A DNA stretch of 64,000 nt, from assembly GCF_009914755.1 (NCBI RefSeq), contig NC_060928.1, one strand, 5' to 3'. The notes under the pieces are model-generated. The model was not told where the DNA came from, ran no database searches, and worked only from the letters and a program-made list of their open reading frames with translations. Source of the DNA: the human T2T-CHM13v2.0 reference genome, Homo sapiens. Position numbers and translations under genes: made by a program. Positions 49,811 to 63,470 of the stretch are shown here, one piece after another (position 1 is the stretch's first letter; every line of letters begins with the position of its first letter).

Positions 49811-50848
49811 TAGGATTATATATCAGAGTTTTAATCTGTGTGCTTTTCTCATCCCATTTTCTATCAATTTTACTGCATACCCTTTCTCTTTTTCTACCCC
49901 TCATAGTTGTTTGAGCCCTCTATTACAAGGCTAGCACAAAGGCTGTGAATATTGCACTGGTCAAAAAGATTCATGTTCATGTTTTTAAAAAGAGTTCTTC
50001 AGGCAGCAGAAACTAGATTAATATTTATTTAAGGAAGTAATAGGAAAGAAGGAGGAGGAACACCAGGGCCTTGGAAACTCAAGTTCTCAAGAACCACAGA
50101 AGAAAAACAGAGTTATTCATCTTTGGTGAGAGAAGTCGGTAGAAGACCAAATGTAGGCGGTTAGGTCCAAGTACTGGAAATCCTGTGGAAACTAATTCAG
50201 GGCCAATATGCACATTTTGTTACCATCCTTTGGCCTGCAGCAAATCAACTGCCTACCGATTGCTCATCCTGGATTAATGAATGCCTCATTGTGTTTGGGA
50301 GATTTTTAGGGCATTAATAATTCAATCAATCTTCAAAGCCTATGGAATAGAGGTTGAAAGAACTTGGACTTCTTTTTATATAATAGTATGGAAAGGGAAA
50401 GTTTAGCTCCAAAACATAGGAACAAAGCAGAGTTCCTTTGAATTTTCTTCCAATCTAGGCTGCAGTAGAATGGATATTTGCTTCTCAAAAGACTTGGAAT
50501 GAAGGACCAGTTTTCTTTTTCCAATATGTTACAAACTAATAACTTTGTAAAATACAGGGGAATATGCCCTTATGGCTAGAAGTAGAAGTTGCGGTTGGTA
50601 GGTTTTAAAATATCAAGACACATATTGCCCCAAGTGTGTATTCAAAATATATATATCAAAAATATTCAAGTATTCAAAATATATATCTCAAAAAATCATG
50701 TATTTATATGAAACTAATAACATAAATATTTGATAATCAACCTCTTAACAGAAATAAATTAAACTAGCAAAACAAGTATTATTGTATTGAGAGCATTCTG
50801 TTATGGTTAATTACAAAGTAATACATTCTAAAGAAACTTTGTTATATG

Positions 50849-52955
50849 TAGGTATACCTCAAAGATACTGTGGATTCAGTTTCAAACTACTGCAAAAAGC
50901 AAATGTAATAAAACAAGTCACATGAATTTTTTGGTTTCTCAGTGCATACAAGATAAGTTATGTTTACATTATACTGTAGTCTGTTAAATGTACAATACAA
51001 TTTTGTCTAAAAACAATTTATATACCTTAATTAAAAACACTTTATTGCTAAAAAGTGCTAACAAGCATCGGAGACTTCAGTAAGTTGTAGCGTTTTTGCT
51101 GGTGGAGAGTCTTGGGTGTTGCTGGCTGCTAACTGATCAAGATGGTGGTTGCTGAATGGGATGAATGTGGCAATGTTTAAAAATAACACAAACATAACGC
51201 CTGCCACATGGATTGCCTCCTCCTTTCACAAAAATTTTCTCTATAGCAGATGGTGCTGTTTGGTAGAATTTTAATCAAGTAATCCTTTTTTCAAAATTGG
51301 AGTCAATCCTCTCAGTCCTTGCCACTGCTTTGTCAACTAAGTTCATAAAATGTTCTCAAATCTTTGTTGTCATTTCAATGATGTTCACAGAATCTCTACC
51401 AGGAATAGATTCCCTCTCAAGAGACCACTTTCTTTGCTCATTCATAAGAAGCAACACTTCATCCCTTCTAGTTTCATCATGAGATTGCAGCAATTCGGTC
51501 ACATCATCGGATTCCAATTCTAATTCTACTTCTCTTGCTATTTCCACCAAATCTGCAGTTACTTTCTCCACTAATGTTTTGACCACTCAAAGTCATTGAT
51601 GAGGGTTGAAATAAACTTCTTCCAAACTCTTGTCAATGTTTGCTTTTGACCTTCTTTCATGAATCATGAATGTGCTGAATGAAAACTAGGATAGTGAATA
51701 ATTTCCAAAATATTTTCAATTTACTTTGCTTACATCTATCAGAGGAATCACTATTTATGGTGCTAAAGCCTTTTGAAATGTATTTCTTAAGTATTAAGAC
51801 TTGAAAGTGAAATGATGCCTTGACCTATGGGCTGCAGAATATATGTGGTTTTTATCAAACATGAAAACAATATTAAATTGTTTGTACCTCTCCATCAGAG
51901 AGCTCTTGTATGAATAAGTGCATTGTCAATGGGCAGTAACATTTTGAAAGGAATCTTTTTTTTTCTGAGCAATAGGACTCAACAGTGGACTTAAAATATT
52001 CACTAAACCATACTGTAAACAAATGTGCCATCATCTGTTTGTTCAATTTATAGTGTTGACTATATTACTTTGTTGTTCCATTTATACAGCTAAAGTAGAA
52101 TTAGCATAAACCTTAAGTGCTCTCAGATGTTTGGTATGGTAAATGAGCATTGGCTTCAAATTCAAGTCACCATCTGCATTAACCCTAACAAGAGTGTCAG
52201 CCTGTCCTTTTAAGCTTTGAGGTGGGGCATTGATTTCTCCTCCTTTCTAGCTATTAAAGTCCTAGATGGTATCTTCTAATAGAAGGCTGTTCTATCTACA
52301 CTGAAAATTATTTGTTTAGTGTAACCACCTCTATCAATTAATTATCTTAGCTAGATTTTCTGTATAACTTACTGTAGCTTACATCATCACTTGCTGCTTC
52401 ACCTTGACATCTGGTGTTATGGAGATTGTAAGCCAACTTCATGAACCAACCTCTGCCAGCTTCCAACTTCCCTTCTGCAGCTTTTTCACCTTTCTAAGCC
52501 TTTATAGAATAGAAAAGTGTTATGGCCTTGCTCTGGTTTGGGCTTTGGGTAAAGAGAATGTTGTGGTTTGTTTGAGGCCTGAATGAGGTGAGGAAGAAAG
52601 AGTGGGGAATGGATGGTCAGTGGAGTAGTCAGAACACACCTAATATTTATCAATTAAGTTTGTCATCTTATATGGGCTCAGTTCTTGGTGCCCCAAAACA
52701 ATTAGAATAGTAACATCTAAGATCACTGATTACAGATAACCATTACAGACAAAATAATAATTAAAATAACAGACATAATAATAATTAAAAGCTTGAAATA
52801 TTTTAAGAATTACAAAATTGTGACACAGAGACATGAAGTGAGCCCATGCTATTGGAAAAAATGGTGTCAAAAACCTACTTGATGTAAGGCTGCCACAAAA
52901 CTTTGATTTGTTAAAAAAAAGTGTTTATGAAGCACAATAAAATGAGAAATACCTG
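50849..52955 (-). mobile_element. Tigger1 with both termini and an internal ~330-bp deletion
   Basis: Termini taggtatacctc... and ...tacctg followed by TA. ORF 51356-51586 ([26 protein letters not shown]) is the transposase C-terminus. The segment equivalent to 1072-1400 of copy 1 is missing at about 52575. Confidence 0.93.
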
Positions 52956-55717
52956 TAATTTCCAAGGAAAATGGAGTACTGTGCATGCACAAGACATTGT
53001 ATAGATGTTGGAAAGGAATGTTCAGATTTAAAAGGATTAGTTGAAAGATACATTAAGTTAAATTTAACCTCATAGAAAGTGGCATAAAATTGGAGAGTTA
53101 AATTTTTCTATTGTAATAAGAGTTTTGACTGATTTCTTATTACTGAAAATTATATGTATTTTAGAAATAAAAATTGTTCCAATATAGACTTCTGGAGAAA
53201 TAGCTTTGAAATAGAATAGTTGAGTTTTCCTTCTAGTTGTATTAAGCAGCTGTGTAGGTACTCACAATATTTGTCACATATTGTCATTAGTAAGAGATTG
53301 AATATCACAGTGATCTAATGACATTTTCTCAGTTTAGATCACTTTGTCAGTACATATTTTTAGTTTACTTCAAGGTTATTTTTTGAGTAAATAAAAACAT
53401 TTTGCCAGTGTATTCATCCTCCTATTTTATGTACTTTCCTTGAAAAAAATAATTTGGTGTTATCTGTTCTTTATTAAATCACAGTTGCCTTGCTGAACTG
53501 TAAATGAGCTTGTAACAATTCAAGATTTGTGAAGTATACGTGAATTAAAATATGTCTGCCTTTATTGACGAATGTGCTTGTATATTTGGATCAGTGAAGG
53601 TTTAGAAGTATTAGGAAAAGAACTGTTTTAGAAATGTAGCTCAGCATTAGAAAGCAACAGAATTGTACTACCTGGTCTTAAACTCTTGAGTGCAAAAGAT
53701 GCATTCACTAAGCAAAATATGATAGATTGTAGAAACATCAAAATTGTTTTGAGTGCTGAGTCTGACATGCTGAAATGTTTAGAGAATTTTCAGAATATTT
53801 AGCAGTTCATTCTTGAAGATGAGTTAACAAAAGTATCAGGTAAATTATATCGTTATTTCTCCCTTTTGGAAAACCTGTTGTTCTCACTTTGATACATTGG
53901 GTGGCAAAATTCTATTTAAGAATGGAAAGGAATATGCTATTAAAATTTAGTCTCCTACTAAATGTATTATTCTATGTTTGACACTCCTTAGCTAAGAAGA
54001 AGAAGCTAATTGTTAGAGTTAGGGGGAATCTGAGATGGAGATATCCTATTACGAGTTTCATTATCCTTGATTCAGAATCTGGTGTATATTTTTCCCTAAT
54101 TTGATTTCTTTTTCTCTTAGGAACTTTCTTCCTTCTAGTGATTTTAAACCTTTGGGATGCTTTTCAATCTTTTTCCCTCCTCCCTCTATCTCTCCTTTCC
54201 TTCCTTCTTTCTTCCATCTTTTTCTCCTTTTCTTTTCTCTGCTTATCTTTTCCTCCTATACTAAAATAGCATCATCATACTTATTTTTCATTCTTGGTTC
54301 TTCCTTTAATCAGAACAATGAAGGTGGCTTCTGGGGTATAGTTTATCTTCTGCCATCTGGGTCCTGGTCACATTTGTGAGAATTCATAGAAGTACAGAAT
54401 TATCATTTGTAAATTTTCTCTATGTAAAATTGCAATCAAATATTTTTAAGTGGCCTACATTTATTCTGGATTGAGCATTCAAGCCTTATCTTCTTTGATA
54501 ATATTTCTAAAATCCCTTCACCTTCTCTTTATAAAACATCTTATTTCTGAAGGCCAAGCTCCTCCTTTCTCATTCAGTTCAATGATTATACTCTCAAAGA
54601 TTATCCTACTTATATTTCCACCATTGTTTTGTTGTTATTGTTGTTGTTATTTAAGTTCTTCATTAGCAATGGTTTACAGTTGGTTACTACTGGAAAACAG
54701 TTTGTAATGTTATATTAAAGATGAGGTTCCCTAAAAATTTTAACTTGTTCAAATTGACTGTATATGAGGACATGTGAAAAACTCTAAAGGTGCCTTTAAA
54801 TTATTCATTCCCAGTCTGAGACATAAAAGGTACAAATTACATTGCCATCACAAGAGCAAGAATGCTATCAAAGACGGCTGGAGTTGCAAAATAAACTCCC
54901 TTGAGGAGGCTTCCATAGATCGAAGGTGGGAAATACATCAAAAGGAGTAACTGCAATGGATTGGAACATAGTATGTCAAATTCCATTAGTTTATTAAGCC
55001 ACTAAAATATTGTAGATTAATTCCCATTGGTACTTTTGGAAAATGTCTAGAAATAACTTGTTTGAAAAATGACAAATAAAAGAAAACAATCAAATATTTA
55101 TCTTGATTTTTATTTCTAAATCTACCATAGATAACCAAATAATTCTCAAGAAAATGTGTCTCTCTTTAGAATTATTGTAGTTGGTAGAAAAAGAAGAAAT
55201 TATATACAAATCCCATTTTATAAACTCCTAATAAAATTCTTGATTTAGGCAATAATAATAGCCACTAGTATGACGAAAACAAAGACAAAAAGCTTATTTG
55301 TACCTCTAGATGAAAAAACACGAGCCACCTATAAGGCATTCTTGCATTAAAAAAAAAGAAAAGAAAAGAAAAGAAAAAGATCTAACCTGAATCTAATTAT
55401 AGTCCTTATATTTCAAAAGTTTAGAAAGAGGAAGGGGTAAGAAGGAGTAGGAGGAAGAGGAGCAGGATGAAGGAAAGGGAAAATGGAATAAATTGTACAT
55501 TTTAAAGATATGAATCATTAGTTCAAATAAATATTTCCATTCAAACTTAGAACTTCAGATTTTTTTACCCTAATATGTTAAATCCTACATCTGTAGCTCC
55601 TGTCTCTTACCTGAAAAACTTAGTGACAAAGGTGCTATAGTTTGAAAGTTTGCATGCCTCCGAAATTCGTATGTTGCAATCTAATCCCCAATATGTTGAT
55701 ATTAAGAAGTGGGGCCA

Positions 55718-55865
55718 GGCCGGGCGCGGTGGCTCATGCCTGTAGTCTTAGCATTTTGGGAAACGGAGGCGGGCGGCACACCTGAGGTCAGGGAGGCAGA
55801 GGTTGCGGTGAGCCGAGATCCGCTATTGCACTTCAGCCTGGGCAACAAGAGCAAAAGTCCGTCTC

Positions 55866-55899
<34 letters not shown>
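55718..55899 (+). mobile_element. Monomer-length recombinant Alu (left-monomer 5' part fused to right-monomer 3' part)
   Basis: Junction cctgaggtca / gggaggcagaggttgc at about 55790, an A33 tail, and TSD aagtggggcc / aagtgggacc. Confidence 0.88.
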
Positions 55900-55901
<2 letters not shown>

Positions 55902-56158
55902 GGGACCTTTGGGAGGTAAGGAGATTATAAGAATAGAACCCTTCAGAATGGGATTAGTGCCATTATAAAAGGGGTCTGAGTGAGCTTGTTTTCCCCTTTG
56001 CCCTCCTGCTATATGAGAATGCCTGAAGAAAGCACCATTTATGAAGCAGAGGGCCTTTACCAGACACCAAATCAGCTGCAAACTTCATCTCCAACTTCTC
56101 AATCCCTAGAATTGGGCTACACCCAGCTAAGCCATGGGAAAGGGACTGTCCAGAGCCT

Positions 56159-56250
56159 GGAGGTTCATTCCACAAGCCAGTGTGTCTAGAAGTTGTAATA
56201 TTGAGGAGGTTCATTCCACAAGCCAGTGTGTCTGGAAGTTGTAATATTGA
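56159..56250. repeat. 46-bp tandem duplication
   Basis: ggaggttcattccacaagccagtgtgtct(a/g)gaagttgtaatattga occurs twice with one mismatch. Confidence 0.95.
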
Positions 56251-57380
56251 GTCAAAGAAAATTATTTTCAAGATTTAAAATTGAATGTTGTTTTTCCTCT
56301 TGGGTTTTAGACTTACTTGAGACCTGTCACTCCTTGCTTTCTTCTGATTTCTCCTTTTTGGGAACGAAAAAGTTTATTCTATGCATGTTTCACTATTTTA
56401 TGTTGGACGCACATAACTTACTTGATTTTGCAGGCTCACAGCTGGAGAGAAATTTGCCTTAGGATAAATCACACCTTTAATTTCACCTCTATGTAATTTA
56501 GATGATATTTAGTTGAGACTGGACTTAGACTTTAAAGTTTATCTTGAAAAAGTTAAGAAATTGGGGCTACTAGAATTAAATTAATTTACTTTGCATGTGA
56601 GAAGGACATTAATTTTGAGTGGCCAGGGGCAAATGCTATGGTCTGAATTTTGTGTCCCCCCAAATTAATATGTGGAAATCTAAGCCACAATATGTTGGTA
56701 TTAAGTGACAGGACCTTTAGAAAGTGACTAGATGTTGAAACTAATATTCTCATGAATGTGATTAGTTCACTTATTTAAAAAAAAAAAAGAGATTTAGGTG
56801 AGCTTGCCTTTCTCCTTACCCTTCTATCATCTAAGATACAGCAAGAAGGTGCCATTTGTGAAGCAGAGAGCCCTCATCAGATAATGAATCTTCTGGTGAC
56901 TTAATCTTGAACTTTCCAGCTTTTAGATCTGTGAGCAATAAACTTACGTTGTGTATAAATTACTGAGTTTAAAGTATTTTTTATAACAACCTGAATGGAC
57001 TAAGACACAAATATAACAAAAGGATTGCCCATATACACTGACCTTTTTATTCTGTTGACAGGTAATTTTTTTTTGTCATATTTTATTTATGTTTATTATT
57101 TTACTAATTATTTAAGATATTTCAAACCTATTAACAATTTTAAGACAGTAAACTTCACACATTCATACATTTTAAACATTTTCTACCATCTGAGCTCTTT
57201 CTATCTCCTTTAGTTCAAATCTTATTGCTGTAATTTCATGTCAATTACTTCTCGTTGAATAACTAAACTAGATGAATATAGAGTTGCCAAGGCAGCATTA
57301 AATCAGTTTTCCCTTGCACAGCTTTGCAGCAGATGTATTGTGCCCATCTGGCTGATCTGCTGCTCGTGTCCCTTTGCCTT

Positions 57381-57750
57381 TATCTTAATTAATTCAGACT
57401 ACTACAACAAAGCACCCTAGACTAGGTGGCTTACAAACAACAGAAATTTATTTCTCATAGTGCTGGAAGCTAAGAAGTCCAGGATCAAGATGCAGGCAGA
57501 GCAGGTGTCCGGTAGGGCCCAGCTGCCTTGTTGCACATGGACATTTCTGAGTGTATCCTCATATGGCAGAGAGCAGATAGAGAAAAAACAAGCACTCTCA
57601 TGTCTTGGATAAGGGCACTAATCCCATTCATGAGGACTTTGCCTCATGACCTCAGTAACTTCCAAAGGCTACACCTCTTAATACCATCATACTGGGAGTT
57701 AGATTTCAACATATAAATTTTGGAGGAATGCAAATATTCAGTCTGTAGCA
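57381..57750 (-). mobile_element. MLT1A/MSTD-like MaLR LTR
   Basis: actaggtggcttacaaacaacagaaatttatttctcatagtgctggaagctaagaagtccaggatcaag...aagggcactaatcccattcatgagg...gtctgtagca. Confidence 0.87.
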
Positions 57751-57814
57751 GGCTTATTGTGATTTAAGGGAGTGCTACTTAACCCTAATGTGTACAACTG
57801 AGAAAACTGTAAAA

Positions 57815-57928
57815 GTGAGGATTCTGACTTAGTAGATTTGAGGTGGGGTTTCAGTTTCTGTATGTCTAACAAGGTTCTATGAGATGGCGCTGCTGCTTGT
57901 CCCTGAATTACACTTTGTGTAGCAAGAG
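57815..57928. mobile_element. MER5-type hAT relic
   Basis: gattctgacttagtagatttgaggtgggg...tctaacaag...tgctgcttgtcc...cacactttgtgtagcaag. Confidence 0.65.
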
Positions 57929-60926
57929 TTTAAGATTTTCTGTGATAAGGGATTTCGTTTTCAGATGAGTAATATGCTAGATTTCCCCTCTTTATCAATT
58001 TTCTTGTGTTTGGGTAGGTAATTAAAAGGATAGCAGTACCAAAATTGAGGTAGCTGTTTTTCCTGGGTTTTGTTGTCTGATTTTTTCTTACCCTCTTTAC
58101 TGATGGTATCTCTAAGCTGTCATTGGTAAGCTGGTCCTCTTCAAAGTGTTCATCTTCATTCCTAGTGCATGTTCTGTCTCATTGGTCTACCTCCTGTACC
58201 TTAGCCATGGCTGTCAGTGTTCTCAGCTCAGGGAAGCTTAACATATAGTGATAGAGAGTAATAGTATTTTCTCATTTAATAAGAAAGAAGCTACTGGGTT
58301 GCTTTCAAGGAGAGCTCTCTAACTTCATCTTTTCCTGACTCATCATTTTGGAGGTGGCCTGACTGTCACCATTTTGGAGGTAATCTGTTGTGGGTAATAT
58401 GTATTAGAGTTATGATCGCTGCATATTTTCTGCCTTCAACTGCAGCACCACCTGTAACATTTGTGGCCTCTGTACTTAATTCCCTTTAACGACATCAAAC
58501 CTCAAGCCTTTCCACCTCATAAACCACAGAGTTGCTTCCTGGTTTACCTTCTTTATAACAATCTACTGCACATAGTATCTTTCTTAGTGTGTTTCAGTTA
58601 ATTATATCTTAAATATTTCTTACAGTACACGTAACTGAAAGATTCTGTGGATTTGAGGTCACTGGGAGCTGCTACTTTATCTGCTCCTCATCTCTGCCCC
58701 GGGTGCAAAGCTTATTTTCTGAGACTGAGAGAGATCCAATAATGAGTGGCACCTGGGTTCCTTCTTCACCGCTCAGTCATGGAGATGATGACTAAGACCC
58801 ACTCTAATGCCTGCAGGTCCCCTTCATGGTGACATTGATTAGGCCAGAGATGGTGGATCCATTCAGGGATTTCTTGGACTCACCCTTTACTTCCAGAACC
58901 GGACTCAACTTTTGTTTTTATATCTGCAAAAATTAGAAAATCATGCCTACTTTACAGGAGAAGTAGAGAAAATATTTGCAAAGCACATAGCAAAAACCAA
59001 GCATACAAATACTTGCAGGAAAAAAAGTAGATTTTAAAAATGTTTATGAAAAACTTTTGTGAATTCAGAAAAATACGATTGTTATCGTAGATAGGTTGTT
59101 AATACCTACTGATCACTTTTCTTTTCTATAAAATGATTGAAAAGCAGTTCATATACTGCAGAGGAAAGCTAGTATTAGTACTGTTCTTCAGTAATCAAGC
59201 TCCCTAGATATGTGGAGGTAACTTGATAAAGAAGATGATGATTTGCATCTCTTGGGAGATTTCATTTGCCTCTTAGAGCCCAAGATTACCAGAAAGGCAT
59301 TGTGTTTTGACAGATAAATTTCAATTGGACACATTTTAGATCAACACATAAATGCCTTAAGAAAATACCTTTTTTGAGTATAATGTTTGACAATCTTGTT
59401 CCAAATTCAGTTTTCTTTCATACTATAAAGTTTCACATGTCAAGAAAGATAGTCAAGGAACATTGTTAGGTGAGACACAAAGAGGATACCAACTTTGCCC
59501 CATGATTTGAACACATTTATCCTTGGAAGCACCCTTCATCCTTCCCATTTTAGCTCTATGTACCCTGTGATATTTAATACTTCCCACATACACCTAGAAG
59601 ATCTATTCTAATGCAAGTGAACAAAGAGGAGGAGGAGGACTGTGAGGCAAGGAAGTTCATGCGTAGGTGCTGAGAAATCTGTAAGGGTTCTGGTGTTTTA
59701 TCTTTTCTCTGTTCTCTGATGACCTTGGGATATAAGGTCACTATGGTGAATGAGGAGCCAGTCATTTCTAGAGAAGCTTTTAAGATAATGTATGTTCACC
59801 TTCTGATATACAGAGATAGGCTACATAAAACATCTTATGACTTTAAACACACTGGAGCTCACCTGATAAACAGAGAAGCTATTTCTATAGAAATCTATGA
59901 TGGGTGAAAATATCTCCAATGATAAGGTCTAAGCTTCTTCAATAGTAAAGTGTATTCTGTAGTAACAGGCTTTGGGAAAGTTCTGGTGTTTATAATAAAG
60001 ATGAGTTGAAAAGTTTAAAATAAATAAAAAAATGTGTAGATTAATTGCTAAAGAAAATTATATCTAGGTAACAATAATAGAGGTTGTTTTAAATGTGATT
60101 AAAATAATATTCCATTAAATGTAGCAGAGTGACATGATCTTTATAAAGTGAATGTTCAAGTTGTCATGCCCATGTTTCTAAGAAAATATGGCCAAGAAAA
60201 ATAATTTCTAAAAGTGGCCATAGAAAAATACATATTTTACCTTTATGGTAATTTTTTTGTGGTGCTCCTTTTTGATAATGAGTGATGCTGTTGAGATTAA
60301 AAGTCCCTTCCTTCGTATGGTCTTTGGAACTTTGCCTCTACTCTATTAACTCTCTCATCTAATATTAGGAGAGTGATAGCACTGACTCCCAATCTTACCT
60401 GTTAAATAAGTCCACAACAGCAGGTGAAATTCCTCAGGCCAATTTTGAACTTAGTAGCTTCGATTACAGGGTGGTTTCTGCTTCCATTTGTTATCCTTTC
60501 GAAATTCAGCTTGGTGCTCTACGTACTGATTCAGCCAAGGTTACTGTGCTATTCATCTTGCCATAAATTACATGGATAAACTTTTTAAATCTCTTTAGCC
60601 TAACTGCGTTTGATCTCCTCTGGATTATAATAGAAAGAATAATACTTATCCAAGATTTGGCAGTATTATCTTGTTTTATTTTGGAGGGGTGGAGGAAGAG
60701 GTGTAGAGCAGGACAAATTCAGTTGAAAAAACTTTTTGTTTGCATTCTTTCATGAGCCTTTTAACTGATTTCCATGGTATCAGCAACCTCTTCCTTCCAT
60801 TCGGTCCATTGAAGCAATCTTTGAAGTATGCATATTTGATCAGGATAGTCCTCAGCTAAACAAACAAACAAACAAATAAAGAGTATTTCAATGGTTTTCT
60901 ATGGCCAGTTAATGGAGGCCATAATA

Positions 60927-63262
60927 AAAGCCTACCTTGAAGACATTACAGGTTTGGTTCAGACAACTGCAATAAAGCAAATATCAGAATAAGTGAGTCA
61001 TGGAAAATTTTTGATTTCTCAGTGCATATAAAAGCTATCTTTACATTATACTGTAGTCAATTAAATGTGCACTTGCATAATGCCTAAAAAATGACATATA
61101 TAACTTTATTTAAAACTATTGCTAAAAATTGCTAATGATCTGAGCATCCAGCAAGTTGCAATCTTTTTGCTGGTTATGGGCCCTGCATTGATGTTGATGG
61201 CTTCTGACTACTCAGGATGGTGGTTAGTGAAGGTTGGGATAAATGTGGCAATTTCTTAAAATGAGAAAACAATGAGGTTTGCCACCTCAATGGACTCTTC
61301 CTTGCGTAAAAGATCTATCTGTAGCATGGAAGGCTGTTAGATAGCATTTTACTTACAATAGAACTTTTAAAATTGAAGTCAATCTTTCAAACCCTGCTGC
61401 TCTACCAACAAAGCTTGTGAGATATTCTAAATTCATTGTTGTCATTTCAACATTATTTACTGCACACTCTCCAGGAGCAGATTCCATCTCAAGAAACCAC
61501 TTTCTTTGTTCATCCACAAGAAGCAATTTTTCATTCATTCAAGTGTTATCATGATGTTGCAGCAATTCAGTCACATCTTCAGGCTCCACTTCCAATTCTA
61601 GCTCTCTTGCTATTTCTGTCACATGTGGAGTTAATCCCTCTGCTAATGTCTTGAACCGCTCAAAATCATCCACAAGGATTAAAATCAACTTCTTTCTAAT
61701 TCCTGTTAATGTTGATATTTTAACCTCCTTCTATGAGTCACAAAAGTTCTGAATGGCATCTAGAATGGTGAATTCTTTCCAGGAAGTTTTAATTTACCTT
61801 GCCCAGATCTATCATAGAAATTACTGTCTGTGGCAGGCATAGCCGTCCGGAAACATCTTTCTTAAATGATTGGACCTGAAAGTTAAAATTCTCAAACCAT
61901 GTACTCCGGGATAAATATTGTTTTAGCAAGCATGTAAACAACATTAATTTCCTTGTTCATCTCCATTAGAGCTCTTGGGTAACCAGGTGCATTTTGAATG
62001 TGCAACAATATTTTGCAAGAAATATATATTTTTCCTGATCAGTAGATCCTAGTAGTGGACTTAAAATATTCAGTAAACCATGATGATATACTTTCATCAA
62101 GGCCTTGTTGTTTTATTTATGGAGCACAGGCAGAGTAAATTTAGCATAATTTTTAAAAACCCTAGGTTTTTGAAAATTGTAAATGAGCATAAGCTTCAAC
62201 TTCAAGTCACCAGCTACATTAGTCCCTAACAAAAGAGTCAGCCTGTGCTTTGATGCTTTGAAGCCAGCCATTGACTTCTACTCTCTAGCTATGTAAATGT
62301 TAGATGGCATTTTCTTCTGATAGAGGGCTGTGCCATCTATACTGAAAATCTGCTTTTTAGTGTAGCCACCTTCAGTAATCATCCTAGCTAGGTCTTCTGG
62401 ATAATTTGCTGTAATTCTACTTCAGCACTTGCTGCTGTGCCCTGCATTTTCATGCTAGACATCGGCCTTTTTTCCTTAAACCTTATGTACCAGCCTCTGC
62501 TAGCTTCCAATTTCTCTTCAGCAGATTCTTCACCTCTCACACCCTTCACAGAATTGAAGAAAGTCAGGGCATTGCTCTGGATTATGCTTTAGCTTAAGTG
62601 AATGTTGCGGCTACTTTGATCTTCCTTCCAGACAATGAAAGCTTTCTTCATATCAACAATAAGGGTGTTCTACTTTCTTTCCATTTATGTGTTCACTGGA
62701 GGAGCATTTTTAATTTCCTTCAAGAACCCTTCCTTGGATTTACAACTTAGCTGATTTTTTGGCACAAGAGGTATAGCTTCCACCCTATCTCAGCTTTAGA
62801 TATACTTTCCTCAGTAAGCTTAATCATTTCTAGCTTTCGATTTAAAATGAGAGACATGTGACACTTCCTTTCACTTGAACACTTAACAGGTCATTTTAAG
62901 GTTATGAATTGGCCTAATTTTAATATCATTGTGGGAATAATGACTTCCTTCAGAGAATAGGGATGTCTGAAAAGGAAAGAGCAATGAGGGTGTGGCCTGT
63001 CAGTAGAGCTGTCAGAATACACACAGTATTTGTCGAAAATTTTCCATTTTACACAGGTGTGGCTTGTGATACTCCAGAACAATTGTAATTTTAAAGTCAA
63101 AAATTACTAATGGCAGATCACCACAACAGATATAACAATAACAAAAAAAAAGTTTGAAATAATGTATTACCAAAATGCAACACGGACACGTAAAGTGAGC
63201 ACATGCTGTTGGGAAAATGGCGCAAATAGAATTGCTGAAAGCACAGTTGCCACAAATCTTAA

Positions 63263-63310
<48 letters not shown>

Positions 63311-63336
63311 AAAATAAATAAAATGAGGCAAACCTG
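60927..63336 (-). mobile_element. Near full-length Tigger1 (~2.4 kb)
   Basis: TA then aaagcctacctt at the left; ...aacctg then TA at the right. Colinear with the other two copies; ORF 61353-61538 ([20 protein letters not shown]) is transposase. Confidence 0.93.
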
Positions 63337-63384
63337 TATTCAGAATCCTTGTTATACACAGTGGAACCTGGGGCAACCCTGCCC

Positions 63385-63470
63385 TTTTGGGCTTGAGTTT
63401 CATCATCTGTACAGTGGGACTGGAGGCAGGAGGGTTGAGTAAGCTGACTTCTAAGGTCCCTTCTGGTTCT
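63385..63470 (+). mobile_element. MIR fragment
   Basis: ttgggcttgagtttcatcatctgtacagtggg...acttctaaggtcccttctggttct. Confidence 0.6.

Larger units (their letters stand above)
55633..57007 (+). mobile_element. MaLR (MSTD/MLT1A-like) deleted provirus: partial 5' LTR, 3' internal remnant, full 3' LTR (56634-57007)
   Basis: Two similar LTR starts (tgctatagtttgaa at 55633; tgctatggtctgaa at 56634). Purine-rich ggccaggggcaaa precedes the second LTR, which ends tggactaagaca. Confidence 0.8.
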
